64,000 nt of DNA from an uncultured Eubacteriales bacterium. Lineage in GTDB: Bacteria; Bacillota; Clostridia; TANB77; CAG-508. Below are positions 49,704-60,877 of this stretch, one piece after another. The first letter of the stretch is position 1. The number at the start of each line of letters is the position of its first letter. The stretch covers positions 583-64,582 of the forward strand of contig CASFHP010000008.1 in assembly GCA_949294555.1 (NCBI GenBank). Direction: 5' to 3'. The position numbers and the translations under genes were made by a program. The notes beneath the pieces are model-generated. The model searched no databases. It was not told where the DNA came from and was given only the letters and a program-made list of their open reading frames with translations.

Positions 49704-51365
49704 ATGGATAAAGTAATAAAATTAACAAAAATATTTCTTAAAAATTCCTTTTCTAATATGGATGCAAGAATGGGAATTTCTACGAAATCAAAAAATAAAA
49801 TTTTAATTTATGGAATACTATTCTTATATTTTGCAGGACTTATTATATTTTTAGGTTATAACTTACTTGATGGCTTAATTGCAATACATCAAGAAACAAT
49901 ATTTGTTGGGATGATTTTATTTATGATATTTGGATTAGCAATTATTCAAACTATATTTTCAAGTATAAATATTTTATACTTTACAAAAGATAGCGAATAT
50001 TTATTACCATTGCCTTTAAAACCTTATCAAATTATACTTGCAAGAACAAATGTAATGTTAATTGCTGAATATTTAATTATCTTTTTACTAGGCTTTATTC
50101 CTCTTGTAATGTATGGAATATTAACTGGAGCAGGAATAATTTACTATTTAACAATGATTTTTGCAGTTATTTTAATACCAATATTACCAGTATTATTTAT
50201 TAGCATAATAGTAATGTTCATAATGAGTTTTGCGAAACTTACAAAGAACAGAAATAGATTTCAGTTATTTGCTACATTATTGGTTTTAGCAATTATTATA
50301 GCCTTATCAATTTCAACAAGTGGAATGCAACAAGATTTAACAAATGAAGAAATGGCACAAATGGTAGTTAAGGCAAATGGAATGGTAGAATTAATTAAAG
50401 GATATATTCCAACAATAGATTATTTAATGGAAGCATTAACAACAAATTCTCTATTTACAGCAATAGTAGAAGTTTTAAAAACACTAGGAATTACAATAGT
50501 AGGATTTATTATATATATGCTAATTGCTCAAAAAATATATTTTAAAGGTTTAGTAGGTAATCTGTTTGGAGGAGGGGCATCTAGCTCAAATAAAAAAATA
50601 AATCAAAAAGAATACAGAAATAGTAAATTATATAAAAGCTATGTTGGAAAAGAATTTAAGAACTTGGCTAGAAATCCAGTATTTCTAATGCAATGTTTAA
50701 TACCAGCAATTTTAATACCAATTGTCATGGTGGTTGTAGTTTATGCAGGATTAAATAGCGAAGGAATGGGACTAGAACAAATTACCCAGATGTTACAGCA
50801 AATGCCTACAAATACATTCTTAATTGCTTGTGCTATTTTAGGAATTATACAATTCTTTACAATGTTTATCTATATTTCAATTACAGCAATATCAAGAGAT
50901 GGAGAAAATGCAGTATTTATGAAGTATATACCAGTATCACTATATAAACAATATATGTATAAAATAATTCCAAATATTGTCATGAATATTGTGACAATAA
51001 TTATCACACTTGGAATGGCAGAGTATATTTTACATTTACCAATAACAACCTTAATTGCATTATTTGTTGTTGCAACTATAATGGGAATTTTGCAAAGTAT
51101 AGCAATGATTATTGTAGATTTAAAAAGACCAAAATTAAATTGGGATTCTGAATATGCAGTCGCAAAACAAAACTTAAATCTAGTTTTTCCAGTATTACTT
51201 GCAATGCTTAATATTGCAATAATGGTAGGAGCAGTCTTTTTATTAAAAGACATAAATGTATATTTAGGAATGGGATTATTAGGAATATTATATATAGTAG
51301 CAACAGTTGTAACAAATAAATATCTATATAATAAACAATATGAATTGGCAAATAAAATAATATAA
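49704..51365 (+). CDS. ABC-2-type permease (large polytopic)
   Basis: About 12-14 TMs; LLPLPLK, AISRDG, DLKRPKLNWDSE. Confidence 0.8.
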   Translation: MDKVIKLTKIFLKNSFSNMDARMGISTKSKNKILIYGILFLYFAGLIIFLGYNLLDGLIAIHQETIFVGMILFMIFGLAIIQTIFSSINILYFTKDSEYLLPLPLKPYQIILARTNVMLIAEYLIIFLLGFIPLVMYGILTGAGIIYYLTMIFAVILIPILPVLFISIIVMFIMSFAKLTKNRNRFQLFATLLVLAIIIALSISTSGMQQDLTNEEMAQMVVKANGMVELIKGYIPTIDYLMEALTTNSLFTAIVEVLKTLGITIVGFIIYMLIAQKIYFKGLVGNLFGGGASSSNKKINQKEYRNSKLYKSYVGKEFKNLARNPVFLMQCLIPAILIPIVMVVVVYAGLNSEGMGLEQITQMLQQMPTNTFLIACAILGIIQFFTMFIYISITAISRDGENAVFMKYIPVSLYKQYMYKIIPNIVMNIVTIIITLGMAEYILHLPITTLIALFVVATIMGILQSIAMIIVDLKRPKLNWDSEYAVAKQNLNLVFPVLLAMLNIAIMVGAVFLLKDINVYLGMGLLGILYIVATVVTNKYLYNKQYELANKII

Positions 51366-51489
51366 TTTTCATAGATCAGTTTTTAAACTGGTCTATTTTA
51401 ATACGTTAAAAATATTAAACATATATCTTGTTTTTAATTTTATAATATGTCATAATGTTACCTGGAGAGAATAAAAAGGGAAGGAGAAA

Positions 51490-52251
51490 GTGATGATTAA
51501 AGTAGAGCATATAACAAAGAAATTTGTTAGAAACAAAAACAAAAAAGAAAAAGAAGTTTTTTTAGCAGACAATGACATCACCTTTGAGGCAAATGACGGA
51601 GAAATTATTGGGATACTTGGACCAAATGGAGCAGGGAAAACAACGCTATTAAGAATGATAGCAGGAATATTAGAACCAACAGAAGGAAAAATTACTTTTG
51701 ATGGAAAAAATTATAAAGATAATGAAATTGAAATTAAGCAAAATATTGCTTATCTATCAGGAAATACAAAAATATATGATACATTATCAACTTATGAATT
51801 ATTAAAAATGTGTTGTGATATATATGGAGTAGATAAGGAAAATAGCGAAAAGAGAATAAAAGAAATTACAAAAGTATTAGAAATGGAACAATTTTTGTAT
51901 AACAAAATTGCAAACCTATCAACAGGTCAAACTCAAAAAGTAAATTTAGCAAGATGTTTAGTTCATAACCCAAAATATTATATTTTAGATGAAGCAACAA
52001 CAGGATTAGATATTATATCTAGTCAAATTATATTAAACTTCATAAAAGAAGAAAGAGAAAAAGGAAAAACAATACTATACTCTACTCACTACATGGAAGA
52101 AGCAGAAAATATATGTAATAGGGTAATCATGATGAATAAAGGAAAAATTATTAAAGCTGGAACACCAGAAGAAATTAAGAAGGATACCAATACAACAAAT
52201 TTAAGAGATGCGTTCTTTGCAATGATTGGAGGTGTTTCAGATGAAGAATAA
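51490..52251 (+). CDS. ABC transporter ATP-binding protein (NatA-like)
   Basis: GPNGAGKTT, LSTGQTQK, LDEATTGLD, STHYMEEAE. Confidence 0.88.
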   Translation: MMIKVEHITKKFVRNKNKKEKEVFLADNDITFEANDGEIIGILGPNGAGKTTLLRMIAGILEPTEGKITFDGKNYKDNEIEIKQNIAYLSGNTKIYDTLSTYELLKMCCDIYGVDKENSEKRIKEITKVLEMEQFLYNKIANLSTGQTQKVNLARCLVHNPKYYILDEATTGLDIISSQIILNFIKEEREKGKTILYSTHYMEEAENICNRVIMMNKGKIIKAGTPEEIKKDTNTTNLRDAFFAMIGGVSDEE

Positions 52252-53389
52252 TTTATGGAATATATTAAAAAAGGAGCTTCGAGAATTATTTAGAGATAAA
52301 AAGTCTTTAGCCATGATGCTTGTTATACCAATATTTATACCACTTTTAGTTATCGGAATGTCAGCTTTATTTGAATCACAAATAAGTAAAGATGTAAGTG
52401 AATATAATAAAATTGGTTTCGCATACGAAATGACAGATGTAGAAAAAAGTATAGCAGAGGAAATGGATATAGAAATTGTAAATGGAAATGATGAAGAACT
52501 AAAACAAAAATATGATGAAGGAGAAATTGACCTTTATATTACAAAACAAGACAATAAATATATTATAAATACAGATGGTTCTGATAATAGTACATTTGCA
52601 AGTGGTTTAATGGAAACATATTTTAATACATATAAACAATACTTACAACAAAGTTATTTACAAGAGAATAACCTAAATCCAGATGAAGTATTAAATATAA
52701 TTACAGTAGAAGAAAATATGATTGAACAAGATAATTACTTTGCAAACTACATTAAAAACTATGCTTTCTTGTTTATAATGATGGCAATAACAGTATCTGC
52801 TACATATCCTGCAACTGATACAACAGCAGGTGAAAGAGAAAGAGGAACATTAGAAACATTACTAACATTTCCAATAAAGAGTAAAGATATCATTGTGGGA
52901 AAATTTTTAGGAGTTACAGTATCTTCAATTATTACAGGAATAATAAGTTTAGCGTTAGCAATCGTATCTTTGGTGGTTACAAAAAATATGTTTTCAATAT
53001 ATGACGGAATAGATGTAATGTTTTCACCAATTACAATAGTATTTGCAGTAATAGTAATTATTGCATACTCATTCTTTATAAGTGGACTATGTATTGCTAT
53101 TGCAAGTACATCTAAAACATTTAAAGAGGCACAAAGTGCATTAACACCTCTAACATTTATATCATTCTTTCCAGGGATGATTGCATTTATGATGGGTATA
53201 ACTTCAACACCAATACTTTCAATAGTACCATTCTTAAACTTTACATTGATTTTTACAGATATAAACAATGGAACGATAGATTTGTTAAATATTGCATTAA
53301 TGACAATATCTACAATTGTTTATATAAGTTTAGTATTGGCATATATCATAAAACAATATAAATCTGAAAAAGTATTATTTGCAAAATAA
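52241..53389 (+). CDS. ABC-2 permease (NatB-like)
   Basis: KKELRELFRD, AGERERGTLETLL, KTFKEAQ. Confidence 0.85.
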   Translation: MKNNLWNILKKELRELFRDKKSLAMMLVIPIFIPLLVIGMSALFESQISKDVSEYNKIGFAYEMTDVEKSIAEEMDIEIVNGNDEELKQKYDEGEIDLYITKQDNKYIINTDGSDNSTFASGLMETYFNTYKQYLQQSYLQENNLNPDEVLNIITVEENMIEQDNYFANYIKNYAFLFIMMAITVSATYPATDTTAGERERGTLETLLTFPIKSKDIIVGKFLGVTVSSIITGIISLALAIVSLVVTKNMFSIYDGIDVMFSPITIVFAVIVIIAYSFFISGLCIAIASTSKTFKEAQSALTPLTFISFFPGMIAFMMGITSTPILSIVPFLNFTLIFTDINNGTIDLLNIALMTISTIVYISLVLAYIIKQYKSEKVLFAK

Positions 53390-53718
53390 AATTATAAAAT
53401 ATTCTATATTTAGTAATAAGTATAGAATATTTTTTACTAATTTATATATAGAAGAATAAAAAATAGGCTAATATAAAAGTCTAAATGTTGGTTCACAATT
53501 AATTTATTTAATTACAAAATTTTAAGAATATTTTAAGAATAAATAATAGCAATAGCAATAAAAAATTGATATAATATAAAAAATAATATTAAAAGTATTT
53601 ATCAGAAATTAGGCAATAGTTAATAAAACTATATATAAATGTTTTAGCAAAAAGTTAAATAACTATGCAAGAAATCACACACAAATTTATTGATGTTTAT
53701 AGAAAAGGAGAATGGAAC

Positions 53719-54078
53719 ATGAGTCTAATCGGAAACATCTTATGGTTTATTTTTGGAGGTCTATTTAGTGGACTTTCATGGGTATTGTCAGGAATAATAT
53801 GGTGTATAACTATCGTTGGAATTCCATATGGTAAGCAGTGTTTTAAATTTGCATCAATGTCATTTGCACCCTTTGGAAAGGAGATTGAATATGGAGGAGG
53901 AGTTCCATCATTATTTGCCAATATAATTTGGATTATCTTTTTTGGTATTCCAATGGCAATAGAGAACTTCATATTTGGTTGTATTTGGTGCATAACAATT
54001 GTTGGAATACCATTTGGATTGCAATTTTTTAAGATTGCCAAACTTGCTTTAGCACCATTTGGAGCAAGAATCGTTTAG
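53719..54078 (+). CDS. YccF-domain membrane protein
   Basis: Duplicated NILWFIFGG...CITIVGIPxG.QxFK...APFG. Confidence 0.9.
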   Translation: MSLIGNILWFIFGGLFSGLSWVLSGIIWCITIVGIPYGKQCFKFASMSFAPFGKEIEYGGGVPSLFANIIWIIFFGIPMAIENFIFGCIWCITIVGIPFGLQFFKIAKLALAPFGARIV

Positions 54079-54140
54079 AACATAAGGAACAATGAAATTT
54101 TGGGATTTTAAAACATCAATTTAAGTCTAGTGTGATTTTA

Positions 54141-54172
54141 AGGGAGGGTAGCAGATGCTATCCTCTTATTTT
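54141..54172 (+). terminator. Rho-independent terminator
   Basis: ggagggtagca-ga-tgctatcctctt followed by a T run. Confidence 0.6.
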
Positions 54173-54258
54173 TAAGAATTTTTATAATTTATATTGACAT
54201 ATTGTTATAAAGTGTTATAATAAGAATATAACAGATAACAACAGTAAGGAGGGAAAAT

Positions 54259-54636
54259 ATGAATATAATAATTAGTAATAATAGTAGTGTTCCAATTTAT
54301 GAACAAATAGAAAATGCTATAAAAGAAGCTATATTTTCCAATGAATTGAAAGAAGAAGATATGTTACCATCTGTAAGAAATTTAGCTAATGATTTAAAAA
54401 TTAGTTTTTTAACAGTTAAAAGAGCTTATGATGAATTAGAACAAGCAGGATTTATAAAAACAGTACAAGGAAAAGGAAGTTTCGTTGCTCCTAAAAATTT
54501 AGAAATAATCAAAGAAGAAAAGCTAAAAGAAATTCAAGACCATATAGAGAAAGTTTATAATATTTCAAAAATAGCAAATATATCAGAAGATGAAGTGAAA
54601 GAATTATTTAGAATGATATTTGAGGGGGATTTTTAG
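54259..54636 (+). CDS. GntR-family regulator (YtrA-like)
   Basis: PIYEQI, LPSVRNLA, TVKRAYDELE, GKGSFV; preceded by a TTGACA...TATAAT promoter. Confidence 0.92.
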   Translation: MNIIISNNSSVPIYEQIENAIKEAIFSNELKEEDMLPSVRNLANDLKISFLTVKRAYDELEQAGFIKTVQGKGSFVAPKNLEIIKEEKLKEIQDHIEKVYNISKIANISEDEVKELFRMIFEGDF

Positions 54637-54637
54637 T

Positions 54638-55495
54638 ATGGAAAATAATATTGAATTACAAAATGTTTCAAAAAAATATAAAGATTTTGAACTAAAAAAT
54701 ATTAGCTTCAATGTACCACAAGGTTGCATTGTAGGATTAATAGGAGAAAATGGAGCAGGGAAAACAACCACTATTAAATCAATATTAAACATTACTAAAT
54801 CAGAAGGAAGTATAAAGATATTTGGAAAAGATAATAAAAAGAATGAAAAAGAGATAAAGGAAGAAACAGGAGTTGTACTAGACGATAGTTTCCTTTCAGA
54901 GTATTTAACTGCAAAACAAGTTAATTCTATCATGAAAGATTTTTATAAAACTTGGGATGAAAATAAATATATAAGACTTTTAAAACAATTTAATTTACCA
55001 ACAGATAAATTACTAAAAGATTTTTCAAGTGGAATGAAAATGAAATTAAAAATAGCAACAGCAATATCTCATAATCCTAAACTTTTAATATTAGATGAGC
55101 CGACAAGTGGTCTTGATCCAGTTGTAAGAAATGAAATACTAGATATTTTTAGAAAATATATTGAAGAAGATGAAAAAAGGTCAATATTGCTATCAACACA
55201 TATTACAACAGATTTAGAGCATATATCAGATTATATAGTATTTATAGAAAAAGGAAAAATAATTTTCAATTTACCAACAGATGAATTGCTTGAAAACTAT
55301 GGAATAATTAAATGTAGCAAAGAGGACTTTATTAAATTAAATGAAAAAGATTATATTGCTTATAAAAAAGGAAAATATCAATATGAAGTTTTAACACATG
55401 CTAAAAGTGTTATAAGAAGCAAGTACAATATTACAACTATTGATAAACCATCTATTGAAGATATAATGCTATTTTATATTAAGGGGGAAAAATAA
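54638..55495 (+). CDS. ABC transporter ATP-binding protein
   Basis: GENGAGKTT, FSSGMKMK, LDEPTSGLDP. Confidence 0.92.
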   Translation: MENNIELQNVSKKYKDFELKNISFNVPQGCIVGLIGENGAGKTTTIKSILNITKSEGSIKIFGKDNKKNEKEIKEETGVVLDDSFLSEYLTAKQVNSIMKDFYKTWDENKYIRLLKQFNLPTDKLLKDFSSGMKMKLKIATAISHNPKLLILDEPTSGLDPVVRNEILDIFRKYIEEDEKRSILLSTHITTDLEHISDYIVFIEKGKIIFNLPTDELLENYGIIKCSKEDFIKLNEKDYIAYKKGKYQYEVLTHAKSVIRSKYNITTIDKPSIEDIMLFYIKGEK

Positions 55496-55497
55496 TT

Positions 55498-56172
55498 ATG
55501 ATAAAAGGATTATTAAAAAAAGATTTGTATAATTTAGCAACTTACAAGGCATCATTGATTATAATAATTTTATTTTGTGGAATTGCAATAATAGGAACGG
55601 ATGCTGTTACTATTGCACCTACTGTGATTTGTGCAATAGTTGGTATGATTTCACTTTCAACATTTAGTTATGATGATATGTCAAAGTCAAATAGATACAT
55701 TTTAACATTACCAACTAATAGAAAAGAATTAGTAAGAGAAAAATATATTTTAGCAATAGGAGCAACTATATTAGGTGGCTTATTAGGAATGTTACTAACT
55801 ATAATAGTTGTAAATATCATGAATTATTTAAGACCTGAAGATATAATAAATCTTGATTACCAAAGTTTAATTATAGCAACAATGGGAGGTATTTTTGGAA
55901 TATCTTTTATACAATCAGTTCAAATTCCTAGTATGTATAAATGGGGAGCAGAAAAAGGAAGAATCCAAATGTTTATATTAGTTCTTATTATAGTTGCAAT
56001 ACTTGGAGGAACATACTTTTTCATAAATAAAGCCAATATCAATATTGATATGGAGATGTTAAATAATTTTCTAACTAGATTTGGTCTAATAATATTAATT
56101 ATAAGTACAATAATTATGTATTCAATATCATATAAAATTGCATATAAAATATATAAAAATAAAGAAGAATAG
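55498..56172 (+). CDS. ABC-2 transporter permease
   Basis: KGLLKKD, LTLPTNRKELVREKY, six TMs. Confidence 0.85.
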   Translation: MIKGLLKKDLYNLATYKASLIIIILFCGIAIIGTDAVTIAPTVICAIVGMISLSTFSYDDMSKSNRYILTLPTNRKELVREKYILAIGATILGGLLGMLLTIIVVNIMNYLRPEDIINLDYQSLIIATMGGIFGISFIQSVQIPSMYKWGAEKGRIQMFILVLIIVAILGGTYFFINKANINIDMEMLNNFLTRFGLIILIISTIIMYSISYKIAYKIYKNKEE

Positions 56173-56212
56173 TTTATAAATAGAGTTTGTTTTTATAAAG
56201 GAGAGAAATGTT

Positions 56213-56443
56213 ATGATAGTAAATAAAATGACATTAATAAGAATGAAAAAAATTGCCTATGAATTAAAACAAAAAGGTGCAACTGATGAAACTACAAGTA
56301 TAACAATAGAAACAAGAGGCAAAGGGGAAGAAGCTGCTTTAAATTCACTAATTGGAAATAATTTTGTAGGAAGAACAGAAGATGGAAAACTTTATTTAAA
56401 ACAAAGAGAAAAAGAGGAAAAACAAGAAGATATGGAAAGATAA
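56213..56443 (+). CDS. Hypothetical protein
   Basis: RBS aaggag, 76-aa ORF. Confidence 0.55.
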   Translation: MIVNKMTLIRMKKIAYELKQKGATDETTSITIETRGKGEEAALNSLIGNNFVGRTEDGKLYLKQREKEEKQEDMER

Positions 56444-56546
56444 ATTATATAATATATAAAAATGACTAGCTTATAATCTGCAACAAGCAGTTTATATATA
56501 AATGTAGCAACAATAGTCTATTAAATAATTTTAAGGAGGAATGGAT

Positions 56547-56792
56547 ATGAACAGAAAGTTATCTTATAATGGAAAAGAATTATATCAAATGACGATTAGT
56601 GAACTGGAAACACAGCTAAAAACGAACCAAACAAGGATACTTATAAGAAGTTTGTTTTTGCTTTTAGTAACATTAGCTGCTGGATTTGCTATGCCGATTT
56701 TGGTTATTTTTCCAATTGCAGTTCTTGTGATTACAGACTACTGGTTATTACAAAATAACAAAGAAATTAGAAGAGAGATTGAAAGAAGATAG
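56547..56792 (+). CDS. Small two-TM hypothetical protein
   Basis: RBS aaggagg, two hydrophobic segments. Confidence 0.6.
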   Translation: MNRKLSYNGKELYQMTISELETQLKTNQTRILIRSLFLLLVTLAAGFAMPILVIFPIAVLVITDYWLLQNNKEIRREIERR

Positions 56793-56935
56793 TTAAAGTT
56801 CGGTATGCAACTGGTTAAGGTTGTATATGTTGCTACATTAAAAAGAGTTCTAATTGATTCTTTTTCAATTAGTATAAAACATCCCCTTTTATTTTCGAGA
56901 GAATCATTAGAAATAGTGATTCTCTTTTTGCAGTA

Positions 56936-57080
56936 AATACAGAAGAAATCATAAAGAATATAGGAAATATATTAGAAATAGAACTAGAATAAATACCACA
57001 TTATGATACGATAAATAATGTATTTGAAAAGATAAATATAGAAGAACTAGGAAAAATACAAAAATATATGGTAAATAGAG
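56936..57080 (+). pseudogene. Transposase fragment
   Basis: NTEEIIKNIGNILEIELE*IPHYDTINNVFEKINIEELGKIQKYMV with in-frame TAA at 56990; the PHYDTIN segment recalls clostridial DDE transposases. Confidence 0.5.
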
Positions 57081-57156
57081 AATTCAATATACAACAAAAA
57101 ACTAATGAGAACAAAAGTACTCATTAGTTTTTTGAACAACCGAAATAAAAAAACAA

Positions 57157-58053
57157 TCATGATGCTAATATCTTTTTCAAAATTGATATTGCTATTTCAT
57201 TGTTGCTACATTCTGAAAGAGCTTGTATTTTTTCTTCTTTACTAGAAACAAATCCACCAAAAGAGGTTAACAACTTTTGCATAGAAATATCTTGGTTTAT
57301 TACTGCTATATCCATTGGGGTTAATGCAAAACTTTTACTTCCTATAGAAATACCGGTGAAAGGATCGCGGTATTCAACTCCACCATCGTATACAAATCTA
57401 GCATCCGCCTTTAATTTTGCATTAACACTTGCATTATATTTTAGTAAAATTTGTGCTGTCTGAATATCTTTATATAATGTTGCCATATGAAGTGGTGTTG
57501 TACCTTCGCGAGAGTAAAAGTTAGGAGTAGCACCTTTCTGCAAAAACAACTCTACAATATTAGTCTGTTTACCCAATATTGCACTAGAAAATGAATCGTT
57601 GTCGTCTTTTAAATCATCTTCTGATTCTAACAATATTTTTACAATTTCATAATTTTTTCCGTATACAGCAGCAGACAAATCTTTTTTTGTGATTTTCATG
57701 CCTTTATCTATAAAATATTTAGCACTCTCAAAGTTTCCTTTGTAGCATGATATAGTTAAATTTGTCTGCCCACATGCGATAGGGAGATTTATATCGGCTC
57801 CTTTTTCTATGAGCCAATCTGCAACTTCAGTTGTAAATTTACCATTCTCTGCTAACTTGTAAAGCAATGTGTACCCATAACTACTTTCAGTAATATTAAT
57901 ATCAGCTCCTGCATCTAAACAAATTTGACAGATTTGCAAGCTACCATTCTCACAAGCACTTAGAAAAAAATAAAAAAGATTATCTTTTCCGACGTTACTC
58001 AAACTCCGAACAACATTAAGCAGTTCTTGATACTGAATTGTTTTTTTACTCAT
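57157..58053 (-). CDS. Ankyrin-repeat protein
   Basis: RBS aggagg; repeated units LIEKGADIN, GTTPLHMA...LLKYNASVN, TPMDIA. Confidence 0.85.
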   Translation of the reverse strand: MSKKTIQYQELLNVVRSLSNVGKDNLFYFFLSACENGSLQICQICLDAGADINITESSYGYTLLYKLAENGKFTTEVADWLIEKGADINLPIACGQTNLTISCYKGNFESAKYFIDKGMKITKKDLSAAVYGKNYEIVKILLESEDDLKDDNDSFSSAILGKQTNIVELFLQKGATPNFYSREGTTPLHMATLYKDIQTAQILLKYNASVNAKLKADARFVYDGGVEYRDPFTGISIGSKSFALTPMDIAVINQDISMQKLLTSFGGFVSSKEEKIQALSECSNNEIAISILKKILAS

Positions 58054-58318
58054 AATAATTTGCCTCCTTAAAATAATTATTTTATAGTAACTGTCTATTA
58101 TCAATCTGAAAAACAGGATTAAAAGAATTTAATACAAATATTTTATCACATTTTTGGCTTGTTTTCAAGCATTTTTTAGGTAGCGACTTTTTGATAAATT
58201 GATATTTAATAAATTTTTGCTTTAATAAGAAATATTGGTCAAAAATTCAAATTATTTTAGATATTTTATATCTTTTAACATAAAAAAGTAGATTATTTAT
58301 ATATTTTATAGTATTATT

Positions 58319-58552
58319 ATGAAGACAAGTTTATTTTTGAAGAAGGGAGAAGAAAATTATCATTACAATCTAAAAGGACCATACAGCGAAAGATTTTTAG
58401 AAATTAATGAAGATAATTTTGAAGAATATATGAAAAGAAAATATAAATCAATTGTATATGTTGTATCAGGTGGAAATGAAAAAGTAATGAAATTTTATGA
58501 AAATAATGGATTTAAAATGACAGGATATACAATGAAAATGCAAACGGAGTAA
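58319..58552 (+). pseudogene. Probable internally deleted GNAT acetyltransferase
   Basis: Only the GNAT C-terminal motif GNEKVMKFYENNGFK is present in 77 aa. Confidence 0.45.
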
Positions 58553-58587
58553 TAAATTTAAAATTGAACATAAAAGGAGAGTTTAAT

Positions 58588-59286
58588 ATGAAGCTAGTTG
58601 TAAAGAATTTAAAGAAAAGTTTTGAGAAAAAAGAAGTATTAAAAGATATTAATTTTGAATTTGAAAAAGGAAAAATATATGGTTTACTTGGAAGAAATGG
58701 AGCAGGTAAAACAACATTTTTTAATTGCCTAAATGAAGATATAGATATAAATGAAGGAGAATTCTATATCGAAGATAATGGTAGCAAAAGAAAAATGGAA
58801 GCTGAAGATATAGGATACGTTCTATCTACACCAAATGTTCCAGAATTTTTAACAGCAAGAGAGTTTTTAAAATTTTTCATAGACATCAATAAAAAAAGAA
58901 TTAAAGATTTAAAAACAATAGATGAATATTTTGATTTTATGAAAATTGAGGAAGAAGATAGGGATAGATTATTAAAAGATTACTCACATGGTATGAAAAA
59001 CAAAATGCAAATGTTAGTTAATATTATTGCAAATCCTAATGTATTACTTTTAGATGAACCTTTAACTTCATTTGATGTAGTAGTTGCTGAAGAAATGAAA
59101 CAAATGCTACGAGAAATTAAACAAAATCACATTATCATATTTTCAACTCATATTATGGAATTGGCATTAGATTTATGTGATGAAATCGTTATCTTAAATA
59201 AAGGTGTTCTAGAGGAAGTTGATAAAAACAATTTGAATAATGAACAATTCAAAAATAAAATAATAGAAGCATTAAAGGAGGAATAG
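58588..59286 (+). CDS. ABC transporter ATP-binding protein
   Basis: GRNGAGKTT, YSHGMKNK, LDEPLTSFD. Confidence 0.92.
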   Translation: MKLVVKNLKKSFEKKEVLKDINFEFEKGKIYGLLGRNGAGKTTFFNCLNEDIDINEGEFYIEDNGSKRKMEAEDIGYVLSTPNVPEFLTAREFLKFFIDINKKRIKDLKTIDEYFDFMKIEEEDRDRLLKDYSHGMKNKMQMLVNIIANPNVLLLDEPLTSFDVVVAEEMKQMLREIKQNHIIIFSTHIMELALDLCDEIVILNKGVLEEVDKNNLNNEQFKNKIIEALKEE

Positions 59287-59290
59287 AAAG

Positions 59291-60868
59291 ATGATAGAAA
59301 CATTTATAACTTCCTTTAAATTGCAAAATACATATAGAACAAATAGCATTATTTATTCTTTAAAACAATTACCACTAATAAAAAGAATATTACCAAATAG
59401 CTTATACAAAAATAGAGGATTAAAAATATTTGCAAGTATCATTAGTATCTTGTGGGAAATAATAAATATTTTTATTGGAAAAATTTTATATATTTTATTA
59501 ATGATTTTTACGACGTTAACCTGGTATCATACAAATCAAGCAGATACATTTATACATATATTTGTATTTCTAACATTTGCTGGAGGAATGCTAAATACAT
59601 ATATGTTAAATCCTACAAAAGATAAATATTATGCAATTATTCTAATGAATATAGATGCAAGAAAATATGGATTATCTAACTATTATTACCAATTAATAAA
59701 ATTAGTTGTTGGATTTTTACCATTTACTATACCTTTTGGAACGATAGCAGGTGTTCCGTTATGGATTCAAATAGCATTACCATTTTTTGCACTAGCAATA
59801 AAACTAATCGTAATGAATTACAGCATATATGATTTTAGAAAAACAAACAAAGCATCAAATGAAAATTTACCTACAAAAATTGTATGGGGATTTGTAGCAG
59901 TTTGCTTGGTACTTGCTTATGGCTTACCTGCAATAAATTTTGTAATAACTCCAAGCATTTTCCTATGTGTATTTATTATCTCAATCATACTTGGAATATA
60001 TAGTTTAGTGAAAATACATAATTTTAAAGATTATAGAAGAATGTATAAACAAGTATTAACAGAATCTAATGTATATATGCAAGAAAGAAAAGCTGGAACA
60101 CAAGTGATAAAAGATACAAGTTTAAAACAAATAGAATTAGACAAGAATTATACAAGTAATAAATCTGGATTTGCATATTTTCACGATTTATTTGTAAAAA
60201 GACATAGTAAGATATTAACAAAAGCAGTAAAAAAACAATCTATTGTTATATTAGGCTTATTTATTGCAATGATTATTGGAATAAGTGTAAATGATACTTT
60301 TAAAAGTAAAACAAATGAAATATTGATGGTATATTTACCATACTTTGTGTTTATCATGTATTGTATAAATAGAAGTTCATCAGTTACACAAGTAATGTTT
60401 ATGAATTGCGATCATAGTATGCTAACATATAGAATATATAGAACACCAAAAGTTATTTTAGGAATATTTAAAGAAAGATTAAAAACATTGATAAAAATAA
60501 ATCTTTTACCAGCAGTATTAATGGGTGGAGGATTAGCATTGTTATTATATTTATCTGGAGGAACAGATAATCCACTTAATTATGCAATATTATTTATATC
60601 AATTATAGCAATGAGTATATTCTTTTCTGTTCATTATTTGGTAATGTATTATTTATTGCAACCTTATAATGTAAGTACAGAAATGAAAAGTAGTACATAT
60701 AAAGTAGTTCAAGGTTTAACTTATATTGTTTGTTGGTATATGATACAAATTCAAATGCCTATATTTTCTTTTGGTATAGCAACAATAGTATTTTGTATAG
60801 CATATTGTTTAATTTCATTATTCTTGGCATATAAGTATGCACCTAAAACATTTAAGTTAAGAGTATAA
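59291..60868 (+). CDS. Putative ABC permease (polytopic membrane protein)
   Basis: About 12 TMs, coupled to the upstream ATPase. Confidence 0.75.
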   Translation: MIETFITSFKLQNTYRTNSIIYSLKQLPLIKRILPNSLYKNRGLKIFASIISILWEIINIFIGKILYILLMIFTTLTWYHTNQADTFIHIFVFLTFAGGMLNTYMLNPTKDKYYAIILMNIDARKYGLSNYYYQLIKLVVGFLPFTIPFGTIAGVPLWIQIALPFFALAIKLIVMNYSIYDFRKTNKASNENLPTKIVWGFVAVCLVLAYGLPAINFVITPSIFLCVFIISIILGIYSLVKIHNFKDYRRMYKQVLTESNVYMQERKAGTQVIKDTSLKQIELDKNYTSNKSGFAYFHDLFVKRHSKILTKAVKKQSIVILGLFIAMIIGISVNDTFKSKTNEILMVYLPYFVFIMYCINRSSSVTQVMFMNCDHSMLTYRIYRTPKVILGIFKERLKTLIKINLLPAVLMGGGLALLLYLSGGTDNPLNYAILFISIIAMSIFFSVHYLVMYYLLQPYNVSTEMKSSTYKVVQGLTYIVCWYMIQIQMPIFSFGIATIVFCIAYCLISLFLAYKYAPKTFKLRV

Positions 60869-60877
60869 AATATTAAG

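Noticed and set aside
29076-56792. Shared C-terminal ER-type secretion signal in small hypothetical proteins
   Set aside because: DER in the 97-aa ORF is forced by its overlap with the valS ATG, and the remaining two or three cases are too few
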